64,000 nucleotides of DNA from an uncultured delta proteobacterium (GTDB lineage: Bacteria > Desulfobacterota > Syntrophia > Syntrophales > UBA5619), in the NCBI GenBank assembly GCA_963817385.1, contig CAWFOM010000031.1, forward strand, positions 32,001 through 96,000, read 5' to 3'. The notes below the pieces were generated by a model that saw only the letters and a program-made list of their open reading frames with translations, searched no databases and was not told where the DNA came from. The position numbers were made by a program, and so were the translations under genes. Below, in pieces: positions 19,619 to 28,674 of this stretch. The first letter of the stretch is position 1, and the number at the start of each line of letters is the position of its first letter.

Positions 19619-20788
19619 ATGTTCAAGAACATCGTATTTCAAACACCAACCATCATCTTCGGCATCGATACGGTCAAACAGCTCGGCCAGGAGGCCAAGA
19701 AACTGGGCGCCGGTCGCGTGCTGCTGGTTACGGGTCCCCGGGTCAAGAAGGCCGGCCTTCTTGAGAAGGCGCAGTCCTATCTGGAGGCAGAGGGGATCGA
19801 GGTAGAGGTGAATGTCCAGGACCGCGATACCCCCGAACCGGCCACCGAGGTGGTGGAGGCAACGGCCGCGATCGCGAGGGAAGGCACGTTCGATGTGATC
19901 ATCGGCCTCGGCGGCGGGAGCATCCTCGACGTGACCAAGATGGCCTCCGCGCTGGTCACCAACCCCGGCGTTACCAAGGACTATTTCGGCAGGGAGAAGG
20001 TCCCCCTGCGGGGGAAGCCCACGATCATCGTGCCGACGACCGCCGGGACGGGTGCAGAAGTGACCAAACACGCCATTTTTCTGGATCGGGCGATCAATGT
20101 CAAAAAAGTAGTCGCCTCCAGCAATCTCCTGCCGACCGTCGCCATCGTCGATCCGGTTCTGACCGTCTCGTGCCCCCCTTCCGTGACGGCCAGTTCCGGC
20201 ATCGATGCCTATATTCATTCCGCAGAGGCGTTTCTTTCCAAGAACGCCAATACGATCACCGATGCCTTGGCCCTGGAGTCCATCTCCCTGATCACGAAAT
20301 GGCTGGGGCCCGCCTTCGCGGACGGGCAGGATATGGACGCGCGCTATCAGATGTCCCTGGGGAGCATGATGGCGGGGATTGTCCTCAACAATTCCGGCAC
20401 CAGTCTGGTTCATGCGATGGCCTACCCGGTGGGGGGGGAGCATCATACCCCGCACGGGGTTACCTTGAGCGCCCTCTTAATCGCCTGCTTCGAGTATGTG
20501 GCGGTGGCCAAGGCGGAGAAGATGGCCGCGCTGGCGCGGGCGATGGGCGAGCAAATCGACGGCCTCGCCCCGCGGGAAGTGGTGGAGCGTGTCCTGGATG
20601 CCATCCACCACCTGATCACAAGCGTCGATCTGCCCGCTACGCTTACGGACCTCGGAATCAGCAGGGAGAAGACCGATGTGCGCCAGTGGGCGGTGGAAGC
20701 CCATAAGGAACAGCGGCTTCTCACCCGCTCCCCGCGGATTCTCACCGTCGAGGATATCGAGAAGATTTATGAAAATGCATTCGAGTAA
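19619..20788 (+). CDS. Iron-containing alcohol dehydrogenase
   Basis: GLGGGSILD, PTTAGTGAEVT, DAYIH, LVHAMAY, PHG; RBS AAGGAG before ATG 19619. Confidence 0.92.
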   Translation: MFKNIVFQTPTIIFGIDTVKQLGQEAKKLGAGRVLLVTGPRVKKAGLLEKAQSYLEAEGIEVEVNVQDRDTPEPATEVVEATAAIAREGTFDVIIGLGGGSILDVTKMASALVTNPGVTKDYFGREKVPLRGKPTIIVPTTAGTGAEVTKHAIFLDRAINVKKVVASSNLLPTVAIVDPVLTVSCPPSVTASSGIDAYIHSAEAFLSKNANTITDALALESISLITKWLGPAFADGQDMDARYQMSLGSMMAGIVLNNSGTSLVHAMAYPVGGEHHTPHGVTLSALLIACFEYVAVAKAEKMAALARAMGEQIDGLAPREVVERVLDAIHHLITSVDLPATLTDLGISREKTDVRQWAVEAHKEQRLLTRSPRILTVEDIEKIYENAFE

Positions 20789-20882
20789 GGGATGCAGAAC
20801 AAAACCATCCCGTACCAGGGTCGGCAGCATCATTTAGTGAATGGGCATCAATTATCCCGATACGAAAGAAAAGGAGCTTACC

Positions 20883-21866
20883 ATGAGAAAAAGACGTCTG
20901 ATTTTTTCAATCATTGTGGCCGTTTCCCTGTTTGCTTTCGCCGTGGCGATTTCTCCCGAGGCCAAGGCAGCCTATCCTGACAAGCCGATCCGGATGATCG
21001 TGCCGTTCCCGGCGGGTGGAAACGCGGACATCGTTGCGCGCTCGATCAGCAACGAACTGAGCAAGAATCTCGGCGTGCCGGTCGTGATCGAGAACCGCGG
21101 CGGCGCCGGCGGAGTGATCGGTTCGGAAATCGTTGCCAAGGCCCCGGCCGACGGTTATACTATCATGATGGTGTCGGCGAGCCATGTGATCAATCCGAGC
21201 ATGCAGAAAACACTCCCGTACGACACAATCAAGGATTTCGCCGGCATTTCGCTGGTGGCGGAAGTGCCGACGGTGCTGGTTGTGCATCCGTCGGTACAGG
21301 CCAAGTCGCTCAAGGAGCTCATCGCGCTCGCCAAGGCGAACCCCGGCAAGATCAACTTCGCATCCGCCGGCAATGGCACGGTCGGCCACCTGTCGGGCGA
21401 ACTGCTGAAGTCGATGGCGCAGATCAAGATGGAGCACGTGGCGTACAAGGGGAACGGTCCGGCGATGACCGACCTTCTCGGCGGTCATGTGCAGATGTTG
21501 TTTAGCAGCATACCCTCCGCCCTGCCGCACATCAAGTCGGGCGCGCTGAGGGCGCTCGTCGTTACCGCCCCCCAGCGCTCCGCGGCCGCTCCCGACATCC
21601 CGTCCACGGCCGAGGCGGGCATGCCGGGGTTCGATGTGTCGACCGGGTTCGGCCTGTTCGCGCCGGCCAAGACGCCGCGCGCGGTCATCAACAAGCTGCA
21701 CGCCGAAGTGGTGAAATCGGTGAAGTTGCCCGAGGTCCGCGAACGCCTGGCAAGCCAGGGAGCCGAGCCGGTGGGCGGCACACCGGAGGAGTACGATACG
21801 TTCGTCCGTACGGAAATTGCGAAGTGGCAGAAGGTGTGCAAGGAAGCGGGCATCAAACCCGAATAA
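20883..21866 (+). CDS. tctC: TctC/Bug substrate-binding protein (set 2)
   Basis: Signal peptide; YPDKPIRMIVPFPAGG, ADGYT, HLSGE, YKGNGPAMTDLLGG. Confidence 0.93.
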   Translation: MRKRRLIFSIIVAVSLFAFAVAISPEAKAAYPDKPIRMIVPFPAGGNADIVARSISNELSKNLGVPVVIENRGGAGGVIGSEIVAKAPADGYTIMMVSASHVINPSMQKTLPYDTIKDFAGISLVAEVPTVLVVHPSVQAKSLKELIALAKANPGKINFASAGNGTVGHLSGELLKSMAQIKMEHVAYKGNGPAMTDLLGGHVQMLFSSIPSALPHIKSGALRALVVTAPQRSAAAPDIPSTAEAGMPGFDVSTGFGLFAPAKTPRAVINKLHAEVVKSVKLPEVRERLASQGAEPVGGTPEEYDTFVRTEIAKWQKVCKEAGIKPE

Positions 21867-21912
21867 CGGCCCTTTACCAGGTGCGGCCCGGATAGGGCGT
21901 CCCGTTTTACCC

Positions 21913-21938
21913 TACCCCGCCCCCCCGGGGGCGGGGTA
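21913..21938. repeat. GC-rich palindrome (REP-like hairpin)
   Basis: TACCCCGCCCCC and GGGGGCGGGGTA are perfect 12-bp inverted arms within the operon. Confidence 0.55.
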
Positions 21939-21984
21939 ATTTCATCGAGTCCTTGTGGTCATCGCAACGAAAGGGAGGCTCTTC

Positions 21985-23022
21985 ATGCCAACGCTGAAGA
22001 AGGAAGTTTTGCATGCGGTAACCGCCGCGATCTTCCGGGCGACGGGGGCGCCGGATGATTTGGCCGCGCAGGTGGCGGACGTGCTTATCGACAATCACCT
22101 GGCCGGACACGACTCGCACGGCATCCTGCGCATCCCGGAGTACGTCAGGAGCGTCCAGGCGGGTGAGATCGATCCGACGGCTCGACCGCGGATTCTTGAA
22201 GAGAGCACAACGAGCGCGCTGGTGAGCGGCAACTGGGCGTTCGGTCAGGTAACGGGGAATTTTGCGGCGGACCTGGCCATCGAGAAGGCAAAGCGGGAAC
22301 GGGTCGCGGTGCTCTCGGTCGTCCAGGTGGGCCATACGGGACGGCTGGCGGCCTTCACCGAGCGCGCCGCCCGTCGGGGCGTGGTTATGTTCATGGCGAT
22401 CGGGACGGTCAATAAGCTGACCACCGCGCCGTATGGCGGCTCTGTTGCGGCTTTGGGTACGAACCCGATCTCCTTCTCGATTCCCAACCCCGCCGGGGCT
22501 CCCATCACGCTCGATTTCGCCACCTCCGCCATCGCCGCGGGGAAGATCAAGGCGGCCAAGGCGAAGCACGAGCGGCTTCCCCCCGGTGCCATTCTGGACG
22601 TCCACGGGCAGCCTTCCACCGATCCGCAGGCGTTTTTCGACGGGGGGTTCCTGCTGCCGTTCGGCGGCCACAAAGGCTACGCGCTGGCCGTGATTGCTGA
22701 GCTCCTGAGCGGCCCTCTGGCCGGCGCCGACGCGTATCCGGGCGTGACGAGCCGCAGCGGGATCTTCATTTTTGCGGTGGACGCAGCCGTCTTTCGGCCG
22801 TCGGCCGACTACGAAAAGGCGCTGGCCAAGACGCTCGGCCGGATCAAGGCTGTGCCGCCCGGCCCGGGTTTCGAGGAGGTGATGCTGCCGGGCGAACCCG
22901 AAGCCCGCTCCCGCGCCAGGCGCGAGCGCGACGGCATACCGATTCCGGACGACACCTGGCGGGCGGTCTGCGAAACGGGCGCCGAGCTGGGGGTGAATGT
23001 GGAGAAGGACTTCATCTCGTGA
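21985..23022 (+). CDS. Ldh_2-family oxidoreductase (type 2 malate/L-lactate/sulfolactate dehydrogenase-like)
   Basis: GHDSHG, GHTGRL, GTNPIS, LDFATS, FGGHKGYALA, MLPGEPE. Confidence 0.92.
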   Translation: MPTLKKEVLHAVTAAIFRATGAPDDLAAQVADVLIDNHLAGHDSHGILRIPEYVRSVQAGEIDPTARPRILEESTTSALVSGNWAFGQVTGNFAADLAIEKAKRERVAVLSVVQVGHTGRLAAFTERAARRGVVMFMAIGTVNKLTTAPYGGSVAALGTNPISFSIPNPAGAPITLDFATSAIAAGKIKAAKAKHERLPPGAILDVHGQPSTDPQAFFDGGFLLPFGGHKGYALAVIAELLSGPLAGADAYPGVTSRSGIFIFAVDAAVFRPSADYEKALAKTLGRIKAVPPGPGFEEVMLPGEPEARSRARRERDGIPIPDDTWRAVCETGAELGVNVEKDFIS

Positions 23023-23083
23023 GCGCGGGAGAAATCGCCCGCGGTGACCGGCAGTACGTCGTTTTGATGCAAAGGAGATCACC

Positions 23084-24076
23084 ATGAGACTACTGACATT
23101 TTCTCCGCAGGCGGAGGGCGGCGTCCCGCGCCTCGGCGCCCTTATCAACGACAATGTCGTCGATCTTGCGGCCCTGGATGACGCATGGCGGCAAGAGAAT
23201 CCGGGCGTCGAGCCGCTGCCGATGACGATGAGGGGCCTGCTGGCGGCCGGAGAGGCCGGCCTCGCCCGGGTGAGCACGCTCCTCGGGTATGCGGCGCAAC
23301 CGCAGCGGCGTCTCAGCAACGAATGGATATTCAAACAATCGGGGATCCGGTTCTATCCGCCGGTGACCGATGCGGAAAAGTTCCTCTGCGTAGGCAAGAA
23401 CTACCGTCAGCATCTGGAGGAGCTCCGGCGAAACGATCTCCTCCTGGAAACACCGCAGGAGCCGACCTCCTTCGTCAAATACAACTACTGTCTTTCCGGT
23501 CATAATTGGGAGGTCGAGCGGCCGGAGGGGATCGTGCGGCTCGACTATGAACCGGAACTCGTCTTCGTGATCGGAAAGCGGGCGCTCGGCGTCAAGAAAG
23601 CGCAGGCGTTCGACCACGTCGCCGGCGTCACGATCCTCAACGATCTTACCTGCCGCGACCTGCAGAAGCGGGAGGTGGCCTCCGGTTCGCGCTTCTGGAC
23701 GGGGAAGAACATTCCGGGATTCGGGCCGCTCGGCCCCTGCGTCATCACCATGGACGAGATCCGCGATCCGTACGATCTCTGGATGACCTGTTCGGTGAAC
23801 GGCGAGCAGCGGATGCGGTTCAACACCGCCGATCAGATCTGGAAATTTCCGCAAATCATCGAGCATTTTTCGCGCTACATCCCCTTCGAACCCGGGGATA
23901 TGTTCGCGACCGGGACGCCCGGGGGCACCGCTATCGGCAAGCCCAATGCCGCGGAGCTCTTTCTCAAGCCCGGTGACGTCGTGGAGTGCGCCATCGAGGG
24001 CATGATGACGCTCAGGACCCGGATCTGGCTCCGAGCCGTTAACCAGTGTGGAGACCATGAAGCACAAAACGAATGA
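23084..24076 (+). CDS. Fumarylacetoacetate hydrolase family protein (second paralog)
   Basis: CVGKNY, LDYEPEL, NDLTCRDLQ, GKN, PGDMFATGTPGG. Confidence 0.92.
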   Translation: MRLLTFSPQAEGGVPRLGALINDNVVDLAALDDAWRQENPGVEPLPMTMRGLLAAGEAGLARVSTLLGYAAQPQRRLSNEWIFKQSGIRFYPPVTDAEKFLCVGKNYRQHLEELRRNDLLLETPQEPTSFVKYNYCLSGHNWEVERPEGIVRLDYEPELVFVIGKRALGVKKAQAFDHVAGVTILNDLTCRDLQKREVASGSRFWTGKNIPGFGPLGPCVITMDEIRDPYDLWMTCSVNGEQRMRFNTADQIWKFPQIIEHFSRYIPFEPGDMFATGTPGGTAIGKPNAAELFLKPGDVVECAIEGMMTLRTRIWLRAVNQCGDHEAQNE

Positions 24077-24099
24077 TCCTTATGCGGAAGGAGTATGCA

Positions 24100-24663
24100 A
24101 TGAATCTGTCGATTCGCAACAACAAGGATTTCTGGGCCGGTCTGATGTTCTTCGGGACCGGCGCGGGGGCGATACTCATGGCCCGGCATTACCCGTTCGG
24201 CACGGCGCTGCGGATGGGGCCCGGTTACTTCCCGGTCGCTTTGAGCGGGATACTCATCCTGTTCGGCATCACTGTCATGGTCAGGGGATTGCGCAAAAAC
24301 GAGAAGATTCAAGGCAATTGGTCGATCCGGGCCCTGATCGTCCTGCCGCTCTCCATGGTCGTCTTCGGGGTCCTGATGGAACTGACGGGGTTCGTACCGG
24401 CGCTGGCGGCCCTGGTCTTCTTCTCGGCGGCCTCGGGGCGGGAGTTCAAGATCGTCGAAGTCCTGCTGCTGACCGTCTTTCTGGGGGTGCTGTCGGTGGC
24501 CTTGTTCATCTGGGGCCTCGGCCTGCCGTACCCGCTGATTAAAATTGTTCTGACGAGACGCCCACCATGGAACTATTCCATAACCTCATCTATGGGTTCA
24601 GCGTGGCATTTTCCCTGCATAACCTTCTGTACTGCTTCATCGGCTGCCTGCTGGGGACCCTGA
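24100..24663 (+). CDS. tctB: TctB (set 2); expected stop near 24551-24553 is out of frame, giving a read-through tail
   Basis: KDFWAGL, GTALRMGPGYFP, WGLGLPYPL; overlaps tctA by 97 bp. Confidence 0.85.
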   Translation: MNLSIRNNKDFWAGLMFFGTGAGAILMARHYPFGTALRMGPGYFPVALSGILILFGITVMVRGLRKNEKIQGNWSIRALIVLPLSMVVFGVLMELTGFVPALAALVFFSAASGREFKIVEVLLLTVFLGVLSVALFIWGLGLPYPLIKIVLTRRPPWNYSITSSMGSAWHFPCITFCTASSAACWGP

Positions 24664-26063
24664 TCGGCGTCCTGCCCGGGATCGGGCCGCTCGCGACGAT
24701 CGCAATGCTGATGCCGATCACCTTCACCGTTTCACCGATCGCGGCCTTAATCATGCTGGCCGGCATTTACTACGGCGCCCAGTACGGCGGATCGACGACC
24801 GCGATCCTCGTCAACCTTCCGGGCGAGACTTCGGCGGTGGTCACCTGTATCGACGGCTACCAGATGGCGCGGCAGGGACGAGCCGGGGCGGCGCTCGCGA
24901 TCGCGGCCATCGGTTCGTTCTTCGCCGGCACCGTATGCACGCTCCTGATCGCTCTGTTCGGTCCGCCGATCGCCACCATCGCGCTGAAGTTCGGTCCGGC
25001 GGAGTATTTCTCGCTGATGCTGATGGGCCTGGTCACCGCGGCGGTCCTCGCCCACGGCGACATGGTCAAGTCGCTCGCGATGGTGGTGATGGGCCTGCTC
25101 CTGGGCAGCGTGGGCAGCGACGTCGATTCCGGCGTGAAGCGCTTCACCTTCGACATCATCGAGCTTGCGGACGGCATCGGCTTCGTGGTCGTCGCCGTCG
25201 GGATGTTCGCGCTGGGCGAGATCATCGCCAACCTCGGCGATCCGGAAGAGCGCACCGTTTTCACCTCCAGAGTGACAAAACTCTTGCCTACGAAGGATGA
25301 CCTGAAGCGGTCTTTTGGCCCGATCGTCAGAGGGACCATGCTCGGGGCGTTCTTCGGCGTGCTGCCCGGCACCGGGCCGGCGATCGCCTCGTTTTCTTCC
25401 TACATGGTCGAGAAGAAGATGGCCAAGGATCCGTCCCGGTTCGGCCGCGGCGCGATCGAAGGGGTGGCGGGGCCGGAATCGGCCAACAATGCGGATGCGC
25501 AGTGCAAGTTCATTCCCATGCTGACGCTGGGAATCCCGGCGAGCGGGGTGATGGCGCTGATGCTCGGCGCCCTCACTATCCACGGCATTACGCCCGGCCC
25601 ACAGGTGATGCTCAAGAATCCCGACCTCTTCTGGGGGCTGATCGCGAGCATGTGGATCGGAAATCTCATGCTCGTCCTGCTCAACCTGCCGCTGATCGGC
25701 CTCTGGGTGAGCCTTCTCAAGGTGCCCTACCGCCTGCTCTTCCCCGCCATCATCGTGTTTTCTGCGATCGGCATCTACAGCATCAACAGCAGCTCGTTCG
25801 AAATCTACCTCACGGCGCTCTTCGGCGTCCTCGGCTTCCTCTGGATGAAGCTCGAGTGCAGCCTTGCGCCGATGCTGCTCGGGTTCGTGCTGGGTCCGAT
25901 GATGGAGGAAAACATGCGGCGGGCGATGCTGATCTCGCGCGGCGATCCCTCGGTGTTCGTCACGCGGCCGATCAGCCTCGCGTTCGTGATCGCCACGGTC
26001 CTGATCGTGATTGTGATGGTGGCGCCGGCCGTTCGGAAACGGCGCAGCGATATCACCGACTGA
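24567..26063 (+). CDS. tctA: TctA (set 2)
   Basis: GVLPGIG, YYGAQYGGS, GPESANNA motifs. Confidence 0.95.
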   Translation: MELFHNLIYGFSVAFSLHNLLYCFIGCLLGTLIGVLPGIGPLATIAMLMPITFTVSPIAALIMLAGIYYGAQYGGSTTAILVNLPGETSAVVTCIDGYQMARQGRAGAALAIAAIGSFFAGTVCTLLIALFGPPIATIALKFGPAEYFSLMLMGLVTAAVLAHGDMVKSLAMVVMGLLLGSVGSDVDSGVKRFTFDIIELADGIGFVVVAVGMFALGEIIANLGDPEERTVFTSRVTKLLPTKDDLKRSFGPIVRGTMLGAFFGVLPGTGPAIASFSSYMVEKKMAKDPSRFGRGAIEGVAGPESANNADAQCKFIPMLTLGIPASGVMALMLGALTIHGITPGPQVMLKNPDLFWGLIASMWIGNLMLVLLNLPLIGLWVSLLKVPYRLLFPAIIVFSAIGIYSINSSSFEIYLTALFGVLGFLWMKLECSLAPMLLGFVLGPMMEENMRRAMLISRGDPSVFVTRPISLAFVIATVLIVIVMVAPAVRKRRSDITD

Positions 26064-26071
26064 CGGTTTGC
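26040..26071 (+). repeat. 32-bp direct repeat, left copy (tctA 3' end)
   Basis: CGGCGCAGCGATATCACCGACTGACGGTTTGC, identical to 34885-34916. Confidence 0.92.
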
Positions 26072-26205
26072 GCTTCATCGAACTAGTATGATATGTACGC
26101 AGCAAAGATATCTCTGCAACGATCACGCAGGACGTCGAAATCATATGGATAAACTTACCCCACAGCCTGCACCAAAAAAGCTGATTCGATAGGAGGCGGC
26201 GGCGC

Positions 26206-26979
26206 ATGTACACATACCCGAAATATGATTTAAAGGGCAAAGTCGCGGTTGTGACCGGCGCCGGCCGGGGGCTGGGAAAGTGGATTGCCCTCGCGCTCGC
26301 GGAAGCGGGCGCCGATGTGCTGGTGGCTGCTCTCCACAGCGAGACGGCGGAACAAACTTGCTCAGAGATCAGGGAGATGGGCCGCAACGCGACGTTTCGG
26401 GCCGTCGATGTCTCGAACGTGGAGGCGGTGAAGGCGATGATGGCGGCTGCCGAGGCAGAGCTGGGCGGACTCGACATCCTGATCAACAACGCAGGGGTGA
26501 ATGTGCATAAGGCGGCCCTTGACTTTACCCCTGAAGAGTTTGCCCGGATCGTCGATGTCAACGCGAAAGGGGTCTTTTTCTGCAGCCAGGCTGCCGCCGC
26601 GCGAATGATACCGAAAGGTGCGGGTAAGATCATCAATATTGCCTCAAGCGTGGCGTTTTTGGTAAGGGCCGGCATTCCCAACTCGATTTACGCCATGACC
26701 AAGGCAGGCGTCGTCATGTTGACGAAGGCGCTGGCCGAGGAATGGTCCCGCTTCAATATCAACGTCAATGCCGTAGCACCGGGTTATTTTTTGACGCCTC
26801 TCGTTGAAGACCGGTTCAAGGACAGGGAGATGTACAACACCATCGTTTCGTCCACGCCCCTCGGTCGGGCGGGCAACCCCGAAGACATTATGGGAGTCGT
26901 CGTTTTTCTGGCCTCCGCGGCATCCGCGTACATCACGGGTCAGACCATCTGCGTCGACGGCGGACGGACAATCCTGTGA
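26206..26979 (+). CDS. Short-chain dehydrogenase/reductase (KduD/FabG-like)
   Basis: TGAGRGLG, NNAG, YAMTK, VNAVAPG, TGQTICVDGG. Confidence 0.93.
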   Translation: MYTYPKYDLKGKVAVVTGAGRGLGKWIALALAEAGADVLVAALHSETAEQTCSEIREMGRNATFRAVDVSNVEAVKAMMAAAEAELGGLDILINNAGVNVHKAALDFTPEEFARIVDVNAKGVFFCSQAAAARMIPKGAGKIINIASSVAFLVRAGIPNSIYAMTKAGVVMLTKALAEEWSRFNINVNAVAPGYFLTPLVEDRFKDREMYNTIVSSTPLGRAGNPEDIMGVVVFLASAASAYITGQTICVDGGRTIL

Positions 26980-26995
26980 CGTGAAGGTGAAGATT

Positions 26996-28495
26996 ATGGA
27001 CCTTGTGCAGTTTCTCAAAGAACGGGTTCGCCGCTACGGCAGCCGGGTTCTCATCCACGGGGAAGAAGGGTCGCTCACGTACCGGGAATTTGATGCCATC
27101 ACGGACAGGATCGCGTATGGGCTCGAACGTCTCGGCATAGCTCCCGGAGACCATGTGGCGGTTCTCCATCCGAACAGCGCCCAGACGCTCCTTGCCTTCT
27201 TCGCCATTATCAAGGCAGGGGGCGTTGTCGTGCCCATAAACCCCATGTATACACCCAGGGAAGTGACGTACCTCCTCAACAATTCGGAATCGACGATGCT
27301 CATCATCCACGAAGACTTCTCGTCCCTTGCGGATCAGATCAAAGGCGACGTGCCTCGCCTGGACCGTATTGTCCTGAGGAGGCGGACCGAGACCGTCGAG
27401 GCCGAGATCGCAGCACTGGCAGGCGCACACCTCGTGCCGGTAACGGAGAAGCCTTTCAACCCCGACGACCCGGCGATCATGTTCTACACCTCCGGCACAA
27501 CGGGCAACCCGAAGGGCGTAATCCTGACCCACGGCAACTTCTGTTTCGGCGGACCGAATATTGCCCAGAGTTACGGCCTGAGGGAGAATGACATCGCGAT
27601 CGCCGCTCTCCCCATGGTGCATGTCTTCTCGATTGCCAGCCCCTTTTTCGGCAGCCTGAGTTCGGGCGGCGCCGTTGTGGTAGTCGAACGATTCAAGGCA
27701 CAGACAATCTTCGAAGTCATAGAGAAGTACCGGGTGACCTGGTTCCCCGGAGTCCCGACCATGTTCATCTTGCTTCTCAACTCCCTGCACGAGAACACCC
27801 GCGATATATCGTCCCTGAGAATGGGCCTTTCGGGAGGCGCTTCCCTGCCGGTCGAGGTCCTGAAGAAGTGGGAGGATGCCTTCCGGGCTGACGTGATCGA
27901 AGTTTACGGCCTGACCGAATCGACCGGCCTGGTCACCGCCAATCCCGTCTACGGGGTACGCAAACCCGGTTCGGTCGGCATCACCGTCTCCGGAGTGACC
28001 GCCAAAGTGGTAACCAAGGACGGCAGCGAAGTCCGGCCGAATGAAGTGGGGGATCTCGTCTTCCGGGGTCCGAACGCCACAAAGGGATACTTCAAACTTC
28101 CCGATGAGACGCGGGAGAAAATACGGGACGGGTGGGTTTATACCGGGGATCACGCGTACAGAGACGCCGACGGGTATTTCTTCATTGTCGGCAGGGAAAA
28201 GGAGCTGATCATATCGGGCGGCTACAACATATACCCGAAAGAAATCGAAGAGGTCATCCATGCGCACGGCGCGGTCAGTGAAGCGGCGGTCATCGGCGTA
28301 GCGGATCCGGTAAAAGGCGAAGTTCCGAAGGCCTTTATCGCACTGAAACAGGGTGTGACGGCGACCGAGGAGGAGCTGGCGGAGCACTGCAGGAAAAACC
28401 TTGCCCCGTATAAGCTTCCGAAAATCGCGTTTGTCAGGGAGCTGCCGAAGAACACGACGGGAAAGATCATGAAAAAAGAACTCCCGCGAGAATGA
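26996..28495 (+). CDS. Long-chain acyl-CoA synthetase (AMP-binding enzyme)
   Basis: YTSGTTGNPKG, YGLTE, TGD, GRxKELIISGGYNIYPKEIE, PKNTTGKI. Confidence 0.93.
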   Translation: MDLVQFLKERVRRYGSRVLIHGEEGSLTYREFDAITDRIAYGLERLGIAPGDHVAVLHPNSAQTLLAFFAIIKAGGVVVPINPMYTPREVTYLLNNSESTMLIIHEDFSSLADQIKGDVPRLDRIVLRRRTETVEAEIAALAGAHLVPVTEKPFNPDDPAIMFYTSGTTGNPKGVILTHGNFCFGGPNIAQSYGLRENDIAIAALPMVHVFSIASPFFGSLSSGGAVVVVERFKAQTIFEVIEKYRVTWFPGVPTMFILLLNSLHENTRDISSLRMGLSGGASLPVEVLKKWEDAFRADVIEVYGLTESTGLVTANPVYGVRKPGSVGITVSGVTAKVVTKDGSEVRPNEVGDLVFRGPNATKGYFKLPDETREKIRDGWVYTGDHAYRDADGYFFIVGREKELIISGGYNIYPKEIEEVIHAHGAVSEAAVIGVADPVKGEVPKAFIALKQGVTATEEELAEHCRKNLAPYKLPKIAFVRELPKNTTGKIMKKELPRE

Positions 28496-28531
28496 CGGCC
28501 TCGTAAAATGTATTAGAAGTTGAAAAAATGG

Positions 28532-28656
28532 GACGGCTTCGTAAAAAGTCCGCAGGCAAGGCGGGCGAATCCTGAGGAATGAGGCGTACTGTTGCGTACG
28601 CCGCAATGACGAAGGATGAAGCGCAACGCAGCATCCGGACTTTTTACGAAGCCGTC
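28532..28656. mobile_element. 125-bp MITE-like element with perfect 21-bp terminal inverted repeats
   Basis: GACGGCTTCGTAAAAAGTCCG ... CGGACTTTTTACGAAGCCGTC; internal hairpin GGCGTAC/GTACGCC; too short to encode a transposase. Confidence 0.8.
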
Positions 28657-28674
28657 GAGAATAGAGGTGATCTT

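Noticed and set aside
24747..28606. 644-aa and 557-aa minus-strand ORFs
   Set aside because: Antisense to tctA, the SDR and the CoA ligase; no family motifs
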